A stretch of DNA of 55,772 bases, taken from a virus (taxonomy: Duplodnaviria > Caudoviricetes). The DNA is taken from the IMG/VR virus record IMGVR_UViG_3300029448_000049, positions 1 to 55,772 of that record; one strand, given 5' to 3'. The first letter of the stretch is position 1. Every line of letters starts with the position of its first letter. The position numbers were made by a program, and so were the translations under genes. Under the pieces are notes generated by a model. That model was given only the letters and a program-made list of their open reading frames with translations, made no database searches and was not told the origin of the DNA. Positions 46,707-55,772 of the stretch are shown in pieces.

Positions 46707-47015
46707 ATGGATATATTTACAATATTGGAACAATTTGGAATACCAGTGACAGTAGCAATGGCGTTCGGATTCTTTATTTGGAAACAAAATCGATTCATCC
46801 AATCTACTCTTATGACAGAACTAGACCAAGACTTCAAGAGGTTGGAAGGTATTATTATCAAACTGATAGATCAACAGAAGTTAGTTCAGATGGAACAAAA
46901 AAAACTTAATGGTATTTTTAAAGCACAAGTAGAAATAATTGCTAGATTAAGTGGTAATGGTTTAAAAGATAAGTTTTTAAGAATTATGGAACAAGGGGGA
47001 ATGAAAGATGACTAA
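46707..47015 (+). CDS. Membrane protein with one TM helix and a coiled coil (holin-like)
   Basis: FGIPVTVAMAFGFFIW. Confidence 0.55.
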   Translation: MDIFTILEQFGIPVTVAMAFGFFIWKQNRFIQSTLMTELDQDFKRLEGIIIKLIDQQKLVQMEQKKLNGIFKAQVEIIARLSGNGLKDKFLRIMEQGGMKDD

Positions 47016-47154
47016 ACGTGGATTATATGCTAATATACATTCTAAACGTAAACGAATTAAAGCTGGTAGTAAAGAACGTATGAGAAAGCCTGGGACTAAA
47101 GGTGCTCCTACAGCAAAAGCTTTTAAAAGGTCTAAAAAAACTGCTAAAAAATGA
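47008..47154 (+). CDS. Small basic protein (48 aa, not in ORF track)
   Basis: MTKRGLYANIHSKRKRIKAGSKERMRKPGTKGAPTAKAFKRSKKTAKK. Confidence 0.7.
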   Translation: MTKRGLYANIHSKRKRIKAGSKERMRKPGTKGAPTAKAFKRSKKTAKK

Positions 47155-47291
47155 ATGAAACTAAAAAAATAAAAATTGAAACCCCGATAGGCAGTATAGA
47201 ATCAGACAGTGGTAATCATTTTGTTGACATTGCTAGTGTAATGTTAATTATTATGTGTGTAGTTATGTTTAAAAAGGTAATGAAATTATGA
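47151..47291 (+). CDS. Small membrane protein (46 aa, not in ORF track)
   Basis: ATGA-coupled on both sides; C-terminal hydrophobic helix. Confidence 0.55.
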   Translation: MNETKKIKIETPIGSIESDSGNHFVDIASVMLIIMCVVMFKKVMKL

Positions 47292-47602
47292 TAATTCCTA
47301 AAATGCTTATAAATACAGTAGCAAATAAATTAGCTAAACATTGGCGTATAGATAAAGTGTTAGCATATGTTTTTGATGATAATGAATTAGATTTAAAAAT
47401 TAAACAATTAGAAAATAGAATTAATTTATTAGAAAAACTATCTGACCATCTAGACTTACATTTAAGAATAGAAGAGTTAGAAAAGAAAGGAGACACTATG
47501 CCATACGGTAAAGGAACTTATGGTTCTAAAGTTGGAAGACCTAAATCTAAAAAAGTAATGAAAAAAAAACCTGCTAAAAAAGCAATGAAAAAAAGGAGAT
47601 AA
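47288..47602 (+). CDS. Coiled-coil protein fused in frame to a basic peptide (internal start at 47498)
   Basis: AAGGAG-N5-ATG before MPYGKGTYGSKVGRP. Confidence 0.6.
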   Translation: MIIPKMLINTVANKLAKHWRIDKVLAYVFDDNELDLKIKQLENRINLLEKLSDHLDLHLRIEELEKKGDTMPYGKGTYGSKVGRPKSKKVMKKKPAKKAMKKRR

Positions 47603-47604
47603 TA

Positions 47605-47781
47605 ATGGTAGATATGATTATAGCTTATTTAAAAAGCAATAGAGAAGAAATTATTGATGGGATTAATAAAAAAGTTAATCTTCCTTTAATTTCTGAAGCT
47701 AAAGAAGAAAAAATCTTTGGCTCTTTATTTGATGCTTTCATGGAAGTTCTTGAAAATGTATTAAATAAAAAAAGTAAATAA
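47605..47781 (+). CDS. Small hypothetical protein (58 aa, not in ORF track)
   Basis: AAGGAG RBS; TAATG-coupled to the next gene. Confidence 0.6.
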   Translation: MVDMIIAYLKSNREEIIDGINKKVNLPLISEAKEEKIFGSLFDAFMEVLENVLNKKSK

Positions 47782-50700
47782 TGCCTAAAGCTACTTTAAA
47801 TATTAATGATTTTTCTGGGGGGATTGTTACTAACAAAAACCCCAGAGACATTCAAGTTAATGAAGCTCAAGAGTCTAATGGGTTTGTAAATAATAATCCA
47901 GGAGAATTAAAGTTATCTTCTGGTTTTGTTAGAGCTCATGGTTTTGAAAATAATGAAGGCGGATACGAGCAAGAACTATTATCTCAAGGTATGATTAATA
48001 GTTGGGCAGTTCAGCCTGAGTATGGATTTAGAAAATTTATAATGGTAAAATTTATAAGTAGTTCAGGAGGTTATACTACAGTAGAATGTGTTGGTCTTAG
48101 TAGTTTTACTAGCAACGATAATTCAGGGCTTCAAATAATAAATCATGGTTTAACTACTGGATTAAGAGCAGTTAAAGTTAGACCTTCTGCTTCTAGCACA
48201 AATGTTTCTTGCAGAATAACAAAAGTTAGTGATACTCAATTTAAAGTAAAAGATTCGTTTGATATTACTGTTGATGCTGCAAAAGATTTTGCTTTATTAG
48301 CTATAGAAGCAAGTTATGATTCTTCTGGTATTGCAGGCTCTAATTTTGCTCCCGCCCAAACAAGTCCAAGTAATAATAATTATATTATAAAAACATACAA
48401 TCAAGGTATATTTGGCTTTTATAATGTAGGTTTATTTGGAGCAGGTTTTTACGGAGAGATTGATAGAAATGCTTATCCTGGCCCTCATGGAGAAGATCCT
48501 TGGCTTTTTGATACTCAATATCTTTGGGATTGGCAACAAAAAGGAGGTAGCGCATCTGTACCTTTTTCTACTACTCCTGTTGTAGATGCTTTTTATGATA
48601 ATGGACATTTTAGAGTTTTATTAAAACCAGGAGAAAAATGGAAATTTGGCCATTGTAGAAGACCTGTTTCTTATATACATTTTAATGATAAAGTTTATTT
48701 TTCTAATGATGTAACTGAAGTGCAATTAGCAAATTATGCTTCTAGTGCAGTTACTGATGTTGGTTCTCTTAGAATAACAGAAGGATGGTATCCTTTAAGA
48801 AGCCATATACTTTCACCTATAGAATATAAAGTAGAAAGTAATAGTGGTGATCCTGAATATGATGCAAATTACGGAGATGTTGCTGAAGCTTTTACAAATA
48901 GTGGTACAGCTCCATTAAACACTTATTCAGGCAGAGATGCTGCTGCTGGATTTTTAGCTAGTCAACCTGCAGATGCTTCAAGTTTAGAATTTTTTGGAGG
49001 ACGTGGAGATAAAAGATATGGACCTGCTTTACCTCATAGATATGTTGTAGCTATTGGAACTGGTGCAGGTGATGAGCAGGTTGAAGGTGATTGGCAATTT
49101 AAAACTGGAGAACATAAAAAAATAGCTTTAGGAATATCTTACGTTTATGATGATATAGAATTTACAAGACAATTAGAATCTACAATTAATCCTTTAGAGG
49201 CAGGATTTCATGAAAATACTATTGATAGTAACGGGAGATGGGAATTTGGTGTAAATGAATCTGACAGTAGTGCAAGTTTGCAGTATTGGGTATATGCTGA
49301 TGGAACTGATAATAATGATAGTGTTGTTGCAGATAATACAGCTTTAAATATTTCTGTAGTAGCAAATAAGGGCGCTCCTAATAGTCTTCCTTTAGAAGAA
49401 CCTCAAATAGATGATTGTGGATTAATGCCTGATACAGGTTTAGTAGGTTCTTGGGCTGTTGGAGAACAAAGAGGTTCAGGATATAATAGTGGAAACTCTA
49501 ATAGACTTGTTATGAATCCTAGAATAGTAGGGTTAAATGTTTGGCTTACAGGAACTGATGGCGAAACACTTGAAGATCCTTTTTGGCTTGCTACATTTGA
49601 TTTTGAACATAATAAAAAAGCAGTTTCTCATGACGGTATAGAAGGTGATGGTTGGAATAGAGTAAGTCCAGATAGTGATGCTGTTGCTAACAATGTATTT
49701 GGACAAACAATTACAGGTATAAAAAAGATTCCAAATGTTACTTATAAAGTAAAAAATGGTTATTCACATAAGACTGTTACTCAAGCGTGGTATACAACTT
49801 CTGCAGTAGTTAACAGAAGATTATACGCAGGGAATGTTTCTTATTTTGACTTTCCTATTGAAAAGATAAGAGACGTTTCAGAAAATAAAAAAATAACTCA
49901 TAAACCAGACAGAATTTTAGTATCACCTGTTAATAAATTTGATATACTTCCTATTACTAACTTTTTAGATGTAGTTACTGAAGATGGACAGGACATAGTA
50001 AAACTTATTGGATTTGGACAAAAACTATTAATTTATAAAAATAATGATTTATTTGTAGTTGATGCTTCTGGTGAATTTGAATTTTTAGAAAATACATTTA
50101 AAGGAATGGGTGTTGAAAATCCTGCTAGAGTTACACAAACTCCTGATTTTATTTTTTGGCTAAATAAAAGAGGAATATATGCTTATGGTAAAGATGGTAC
50201 TGTTTTAGATATTATAAAAGAAACAATGGGTGTAGAAAAATGGAAAAATCATTTTTCACCTAGTTCACATATAAGTTACGATCCAGAAGAAGGACAGTTA
50301 ATTGTTCATTGTAAAGATGTTAACGAACAACAAAAAGATAAGAGAGTAATTCTTTTAAATGTTGAGAATGGTAGTATATTTTTTAAAAGAACTCCTTGTA
50401 TTGATTTAATAGATTACTTTAGTCCAGGTTTAATTATAAATAACAAACTATTTATAACAGGATCAAATTCTAATAATACTCATGAAGATTTTACTATTTA
50501 TCAAAATGATGGATATGTTACAAGAGGAAGTTCTGAAGGTGGCGCTAAATTTAAACTGGGCAATGCAGATGGTGCTGCTTTAAATGCTATAGGTGATAAT
50601 TTAAACTATCTTTTATTAAGAAAAGGTTCAGCATGGGTAGTTATTAATACTGAAATATTATCAGGGCTAGGTACTCAGCAAGATTCATTAAAAACTGCTA

Positions 50701-51803
50701 AACAAACTTTAAAAGAATTAAATAGAAAATTGTCTGTAAATGATGAATATGATGTAGTAGTAGATTATGACCATGATTCACAATATTTTAATATGAAAGC
50801 AAGAGCTAGAATAAGTGGTGCAGCATATAATGGTACTGCTACAGATTTAAGTGCTGGTAGTGGTGCTGAATTTGGATCTTCAGCTTTATTTGCATTTAGC
50901 TCTACTAATGCAACAGATGGTGGTGGTATAAATGATTCTAATGTAACTAATTGGTCAAATTCTGGAATGGATACAGGAGTTACAAGTGATACTTGCGTTT
51001 TTCATGTATTAGCAAATAGAAATAGTGAAACTAGCAAAGGTGTTATGTATACTACTAAAGTTACTTTGAAAAAGAAAACTGCAGACCCTTCAGAAGGTAT
51101 TACAACTCTAACTTCTACATATGTTGTTGGAGAACATGGAAAATATGAAAAAAATAGAATTGGTACTGGATTTAACTATGGAGATGATAATGGTGGTGCT
51201 AATGCAGCTAATACAGAAAATTTAGTAATTAATCTTAGAGAATTTTTAGTATCTAACCCTATGCAAGATCAGTTTGGTAAAGAAGTATTTTTAGATGAGT
51301 TTTTTACTATAAGTGCTACTTCAGGGTCAGGAGTAAACGAAACTTTTAGTCTTACTCCATTATCTGAAGCTACTGAAGATTTTGATGAAATTATTGTAGA
51401 TTCAGAAACTTACAATAGTTCTGGTGGAAAAATATCTGTTTGGTCAAATGTATCTAATAATATACTTACTGATGCACAATGGGTATCAAAAGATTTTGAT
51501 TTTGGACAGCCTAATGTTAGAAAAAAAGTTTACAGAGGTTATATTACATACAAAGGTGATGCAGGTATAAAAATATATTATAAAGTTAATCAAGCAGGTA
51601 GTTGGACATCTTGTACTATAAAAGATGATGCTAATAATCAACTAGATCAGTCTACCCAATTTACAAGAGAAGAATTTAATTTTACTTCAGGAACAACAAG
51701 TAGCATATTTTCAATTGCAATAAAACTTGAATCAACTTCTTTAATTAAAGATTTTAGTGTTAATGATATAACTTTAGTTTATAGAACAAAAAGTATAAGA
51801 TAA
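47781..51803 (+). CDS. Tail nozzle / stabilisation protein (P22 gp10- or T7 gp12-like), enlarged
   Basis: N-terminal DFSGGI...PRDI, beta-propeller-like repeats, C-terminal SKDFDFGQPNVRKK. Confidence 0.75.
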   Translation: MPKATLNINDFSGGIVTNKNPRDIQVNEAQESNGFVNNNPGELKLSSGFVRAHGFENNEGGYEQELLSQGMINSWAVQPEYGFRKFIMVKFISSSGGYTTVECVGLSSFTSNDNSGLQIINHGLTTGLRAVKVRPSASSTNVSCRITKVSDTQFKVKDSFDITVDAAKDFALLAIEASYDSSGIAGSNFAPAQTSPSNNNYIIKTYNQGIFGFYNVGLFGAGFYGEIDRNAYPGPHGEDPWLFDTQYLWDWQQKGGSASVPFSTTPVVDAFYDNGHFRVLLKPGEKWKFGHCRRPVSYIHFNDKVYFSNDVTEVQLANYASSAVTDVGSLRITEGWYPLRSHILSPIEYKVESNSGDPEYDANYGDVAEAFTNSGTAPLNTYSGRDAAAGFLASQPADASSLEFFGGRGDKRYGPALPHRYVVAIGTGAGDEQVEGDWQFKTGEHKKIALGISYVYDDIEFTRQLESTINPLEAGFHENTIDSNGRWEFGVNESDSSASLQYWVYADGTDNNDSVVADNTALNISVVANKGAPNSLPLEEPQIDDCGLMPDTGLVGSWAVGEQRGSGYNSGNSNRLVMNPRIVGLNVWLTGTDGETLEDPFWLATFDFEHNKKAVSHDGIEGDGWNRVSPDSDAVANNVFGQTITGIKKIPNVTYKVKNGYSHKTVTQAWYTTSAVVNRRLYAGNVSYFDFPIEKIRDVSENKKITHKPDRILVSPVNKFDILPITNFLDVVTEDGQDIVKLIGFGQKLLIYKNNDLFVVDASGEFEFLENTFKGMGVENPARVTQTPDFIFWLNKRGIYAYGKDGTVLDIIKETMGVEKWKNHFSPSSHISYDPEEGQLIVHCKDVNEQQKDKRVILLNVENGSIFFKRTPCIDLIDYFSPGLIINNKLFITGSNSNNTHEDFTIYQNDGYVTRGSSEGGAKFKLGNADGAALNAIGDNLNYLLLRKGSAWVVINTEILSGLGTQQDSLKTAKQTLKELNRKLSVNDEYDVVVDYDHDSQYFNMKARARISGAAYNGTATDLSAGSGAEFGSSALFAFSSTNATDGGGINDSNVTNWSNSGMDTGVTSDTCVFHVLANRNSETSKGVMYTTKVTLKKKTADPSEGITTLTSTYVVGEHGKYEKNRIGTGFNYGDDNGGANAANTENLVINLREFLVSNPMQDQFGKEVFLDEFFTISATSGSGVNETFSLTPLSEATEDFDEIIVDSETYNSSGGKISVWSNVSNNILTDAQWVSKDFDFGQPNVRKKVYRGYITYKGDAGIKIYYKVNQAGSWTSCTIKDDANNQLDQSTQFTREEFNFTSGTTSSIFSIAIKLESTSLIKDFSVNDITLVYRTKSIR

Positions 51804-54800
51804 TGATTTTTGATCCAAGGAAAAGAGACAGGAAACGTCCTAATATTGGGTTACCCTCTAATTCTAATGGAAGTGATGGAGATATTGAATTATACTTGAC
51901 CCCAAAGGGATTAGCGTTATACGGAAAATTTAATGGTGAATGGTATCCTTTTGCAGAAGCTCAAGAAAAGGGTATAGTTAACAAAGATATAAAGTCTTTT
52001 ATAGAAGTTAAAAACTCTCTATCTATTAAAAATCAAGGTGTTCTAAAACTTTTTAACAGTGCTAATAAATACTTTAGTTCTTTTAAAAACTCTGATTCTG
52101 CTACTGAAAATATAGAATACACATTGCCTGTAACAGGGTATAGTGATGCAGGTATGTATTTATCTGTTGGTGCTACTAACAGATTAGCATGGAAACCTGT
52201 TGGAGATGTTTTAACTGATTTAGGTATAACTGGCGCTGAAATATTAGACTGGACATCTGATCAAGGTAGTAGTAATATACATGCTAGTAATTTTGTAAAT
52301 CTAACTCCTTCAGGAACTCTTAATATTTCAACTGGCACTTTAACTACTTCTGCAGCTCAAAATAAATCAATAGTTGAAGGTGTTGGAGCTAATACTGATA
52401 TAGGCGCTTATGAATTTAGAGCACAAACTTTTCAGTCTGATGCTACTACTATTTCTGGATCATCCCCCTTTACAGTAGCTTCTACAATTAAAGTTGCAAA
52501 TTTAAATGCAGATAAACTAGATGGAGCTGATTTAATAGATGAAGATGATATGTCTTCTAATAGTGCTACTAAAATACCTACACAACAATCAGTAAAAGCA
52601 TATGTAGATACTGAAGTTTCAGGATTAGTAGACTCTGCACCAGGTGCTTTAGACACACTTAATGAACTTGCTGCTGCACTTGGCGATGATGCAAGTTTTG
52701 CTACTACAGTTACTAACAGTATAGCAACCAAAGTATCATTAACAGGTATAGAAACACTTACGGGAAGAAAAACAATTAATACTTCATTCCCACAACTTTC
52801 ATTTACAGATGATAGTAATACTGATTATGTTCAAATAGGTTTAAGTGGTAACACATATTATCACAAAACATCAGATACAGGTATTAATTTTGGTTGGAGA
52901 GATAATAGTAATAATGATGTATTAAGTATTGATACAAGTGCTAAGACCCTTACAATAGGCGAAAGTGCACAAGAAACTTATGCTTTAAAAGTAGGCGATA
53001 ATGGTAGAATGAATATGCCTCAAAGAGGATTAGAGTTTGAAAATGCTCATGGGTATTTTAGTCCATTAGGTGATATGCACATGCCTTTATATATTAATGT
53101 TACTCAAACAGATTTAATAAGATTTCAAACACCAATTACTTGGGAGTATTATGATTATTCAGGAAGTGCTTGGGTAGATGATAGCAGTAATGTTAGTAAT
53201 TTACAGAATATGCTTGACGGTAGGAGAGGAACAAATTATGCAGTTTCTAATACTAAAAGAAAATTTAGATTTGTAATACAAAGGTCAAGTAGTTGGGCAG
53301 ATGACCATTTATTCTATATAGAGAATACTTGGAGTTCTATTGGAACTTGGACATCAAGTGCTTCAGGAGGTGGAAGTTTAACACCTACAATGGTAGTAGA
53401 AAGATTAGATGGAAGTTTTGATGCAAGTGATGATAGTAATAATGATTGGACTACTAATAGTGGTATTACTACAGACTGGCATACAACAGGAATATGGAAT
53501 GCTTTTGGATTGGGTATGTATTACTCAACAGGTATGCACAATACAGAAACTCATATAAGAATTACAGTAACTTTTCCTGAATATGCAGATGCAAGTAAAG
53601 AAATCAATATTAAAAATATTGGAGTAATGTCCTCTTATTCAAGTCAAAATACTAATCAAGATGCTTTTGTTCAAGATTTTAACAGAAATTTAACAGGTTA
53701 TGGTAGCATAAGTATACCAACAGGAGATACTTATAAAATAAATGCAACCACAGTTTTAAGTGGTAATGGATTAGGTAGTGGTATAATAAATTCATCACTT
53801 ACAAGTTTAGGAACAATATCAACAGGAGTATGGCAAGGAACTGCAATAGCAAGTGCATACTTAGATAGTGATACTGCACATTTATCAGGTACTCAAACAT
53901 TTAGTGGAGCTAAGACATTTAGTAGTCCTGTTACAATTCATACTAGTTCAGATGCTATGTTTAACCTTAAAACAGCTGATGGTTGGGCATATATGCAATT
54001 CTTAGAAAATGACGGAACAAGACGAGCATATATTGGTATGGATGCAGATTTAGATAGACTTATTCTTAATGCTACTGAAAATGGTGCTAATGAAATAGAA
54101 ATAAATACTACAACGGTAGATATAAATGCAAATGTTGATATAAGTGGAACTATTACAAATGCAGAATGGAATGGCGATGTAATAGCAAGTGCATATTTAG
54201 ATAGTGATACTGCTCATTTAACAACTACACAAACATTTAGTGGAGCAAAGACATTTGGTGCTGATACTACATTTAGTGGGCATATTATATTAGATGCAGA
54301 TAATAAAATTAAGAGTGATACATCAGGAACTTGGAACTTTATAGAGTTTGATGATGATTCAGGTAGTCCGGGAAACCAAACATTAATAAGCAGTGTAACA
54401 AATGTTGCTGCAATAGTAGATGGCAATAATAATGGAACAGGACACTTTGAAGTATTAAAAGGTGGAACAGATGCTACTGCTACTGAATTATTTAGAATAG
54501 AAAATGATGGTGATGCAGTATTTACAGGTAATTTATCTGTAGGAGATAACAATATTACCAATGTAGGCGATATAGCATTAGATACAATAAGTTCAGACGC
54601 AGGTACATCAATAGGTGTAACATTAGGAACAGATGCAGGAGATGATTTTAATGTAGGTAGTGGTAAACTAGTTGTAGAAGGCGATACAGGCGAAGTTGGT
54701 ATAGGTACTGCAAGTCCTACAGCAACATTACATATTTCAGATGCAAGTAATAGTGGAGTAACTTCACTTAGTCTTAATAATAGAGTAAAAGTAAGAGGAG

Positions 54801-55772
54801 ATGGAGTAGTATATTGGGGTTCTGCTGCTGCTCACGGTACTTTAAGTTGGGACAGTGGTAAAACATTAATATATTCTCAAGGAACAAATGATTTACAAAT
54901 ATCAGCAGGTAATGCGCATACAGACCATATTTATATTGATGGTAGTGGAAGCACTAATGATGGGTGTGTAGGTATAGGTACTAATAGTCCAAGTTGGAAA
55001 TTGCACGTATCAGGGTCTCTTTATGCTACAAGTACGTTTAGAACCAATGGAGTTATATTACAACAAGAAAGAGCTGCTGCTTCTGGAAGTTACGCTACTT
55101 TAGGGCAGATTTGGACTAAAAATGATGCACCAAATAATCTATACTTTACTGATGATGCAGGTACTGATATTGCTATAACTAATAATGGTGCTTTGGCTAA
55201 TGCTCCTACAGCAACAGTTGCTACAACTGTAACTATTACAGATAATGAGAATACGAATGAAGAAAATGCTGTTATATTTACTGCAGGTGGAGATGTTGAC
55301 GGTGGCAATGTTGGATTAGAATCTGATGGAGACTTAACTTACAATCCTTCTACTGGAACATTAAGCAGTACAGCTCTACATATTAAAAACACAACAGCTT
55401 ATACTTTAGGAGAAGATGATTATAGTACTGATAGTATAGCGTTATATGGTTCTGCATCAAGTAATAATGGTGCATATTTTGGAGGTATTACTTGGCATAA
55501 TGACAGTAGAAGAAGGGCTGGAATATCTTCGGTAATGGAAAGTACAGATGCAGATTTTGTAGGTCTTGCATTTCATACTCAAGGTACTGATGGTTCAGGA
55601 GGTTATTCTGAGTCAATGAGAATTAGCAGGGAAGGTAAGGTAGGTATAGGTACTACAAGTCCTACTACTACACTTGACGTAGATGGTACTGTATCATATA
55701 AACATACTGCATTTACTACGGCAGGACCTACAGACAATGTAGACGTATCAGATACTACAGTATTAGAAGTAG
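51803..55772 (+). CDS. Long tail fibre protein, N-terminal part (no stop in window; missing from ORF track)
   Basis: TAATG overlap at 51803 (MIFDPRKRD...); PTQQSVKAYVD and APGALDTLNELAAALGDDASFATTVTN motifs; GxVGIGT repeats; same frame as the 55162 repeat. Confidence 0.85.
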   Translation, partial: MIFDPRKRDRKRPNIGLPSNSNGSDGDIELYLTPKGLALYGKFNGEWYPFAEAQEKGIVNKDIKSFIEVKNSLSIKNQGVLKLFNSANKYFSSFKNSDSATENIEYTLPVTGYSDAGMYLSVGATNRLAWKPVGDVLTDLGITGAEILDWTSDQGSSNIHASNFVNLTPSGTLNISTGTLTTSAAQNKSIVEGVGANTDIGAYEFRAQTFQSDATTISGSSPFTVASTIKVANLNADKLDGADLIDEDDMSSNSATKIPTQQSVKAYVDTEVSGLVDSAPGALDTLNELAAALGDDASFATTVTNSIATKVSLTGIETLTGRKTINTSFPQLSFTDDSNTDYVQIGLSGNTYYHKTSDTGINFGWRDNSNNDVLSIDTSAKTLTIGESAQETYALKVGDNGRMNMPQRGLEFENAHGYFSPLGDMHMPLYINVTQTDLIRFQTPITWEYYDYSGSAWVDDSSNVSNLQNMLDGRRGTNYAVSNTKRKFRFVIQRSSSWADDHLFYIENTWSSIGTWTSSASGGGSLTPTMVVERLDGSFDASDDSNNDWTTNSGITTDWHTTGIWNAFGLGMYYSTGMHNTETHIRITVTFPEYADASKEINIKNIGVMSSYSSQNTNQDAFVQDFNRNLTGYGSISIPTGDTYKINATTVLSGNGLGSGIINSSLTSLGTISTGVWQGTAIASAYLDSDTAHLSGTQTFSGAKTFSSPVTIHTSSDAMFNLKTADGWAYMQFLENDGTRRAYIGMDADLDRLILNATENGANEIEINTTTVDINANVDISGTITNAEWNGDVIASAYLDSDTAHLTTTQTFSGAKTFGADTTFSGHIILDADNKIKSDTSGTWNFIEFDDDSGSPGNQTLISSVTNVAAIVDGNNNGTGHFEVLKGGTDATATELFRIENDGDAVFTGNLSVGDNNITNVGDIALDTISSDAGTSIGVTLGTDAGDDFNVGSGKLVVEGDTGEVGIGTASPTATLHISDASNSGVTSLSLNNRVKVRGDGVVYWGSAAAHGTLSWDSGKTLIYSQGTNDLQISAGNAHTDHIYIDGSGSTNDGCVGIGTNSPSWKLHVSGSLYATSTFRTNGVILQQERAAASGSYATLGQIWTKNDAPNNLYFTDDAGTDIAITNNGALANAPTATVATTVTITDNENTNEENAVIFTAGGDVDGGNVGLESDGDLTYNPSTGTLSSTALHIKNTTAYTLGEDDYSTDSIALYGSASSNNGAYFGGITWHNDSRRRAGISSVMESTDADFVGLAFHTQGTDGSGGYSESMRISREGKVGIGTTSPTTTLDVDGTVSYKHTAFTTAGPTDNVDVSDTTVLEV
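53845..54256 (+). repeat. Intragenic ~76-nt direct repeat (53845-53920 and 54181-54256)
   Basis: IASAYLDSDTAHLxxTQTFSGAKTF is encoded twice. Confidence 0.85.
55162..55350 (+). repeat. Direct repeat copy 2 of the window start
   Basis: 55162-55248 is identical to 1-87; similar up to the codons for YNPS, then unrelated. Confidence 0.95.

Noticed and set aside
178-55308. Short antisense or alternate-frame ORFs in the track (e.g. 178-414, 7436-7624, 11189-11473, 20954-21178, 30835-31056, 34141-34440, 42287-42598, 54214-54561)
   Set aside because: They lie within or opposite well-supported genes, lack RBSs and look like shadow ORFs.
1-55772. Genome-wide stop-codon reassignment
   Set aside because: Long genes are intact in code 11, and TAA, TAG and TGA all end genes with coupled overlaps. 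Only one internal TGA was seen.
1-55772. Diversity-generating retroelement, CRISPR array, tRNA genes, integrase
   Set aside because: No reverse transcriptase is present, repeat differences are not adenine-specific, and I saw no spaced repeats, cloverleaf or recombinase motifs by eye.

Overview
The window is an AT-rich, apparently near-complete (~55 kb) tailed-phage genome with podovirus-like gene content. It has two divergent arms. The + arm (31.5 kb to the end, continuing at 1-18.1 kb) holds TerS, TerL, portal, scaffold, major capsid, adaptor and nozzle proteins, lysis genes, a long tail fibre that runs off the window, acidic putative ejection proteins, and a 2991-aa protein with two-barrel RNA polymerase motifs (RRNP...GDFDVDK). 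The - arm (31.3 to 18.1 kb) holds early and replication genes: primase-helicase, ERF recombinase, an SSB-like protein and an Hjc-type resolvase; I recognise no DNA polymerase. The main finding is a compact, apparently complete ubiquitin-like conjugation cassette in the early arm (27858 to 23372): a ThiS/MoaD-like Ubl ending in GG-DQ, an E2-like protein, an SPL-like radical SAM enzyme, an RHH protein, a JAB protease and a ThiF/E1. All protein calls come from motif reading by eye; no searches were run.
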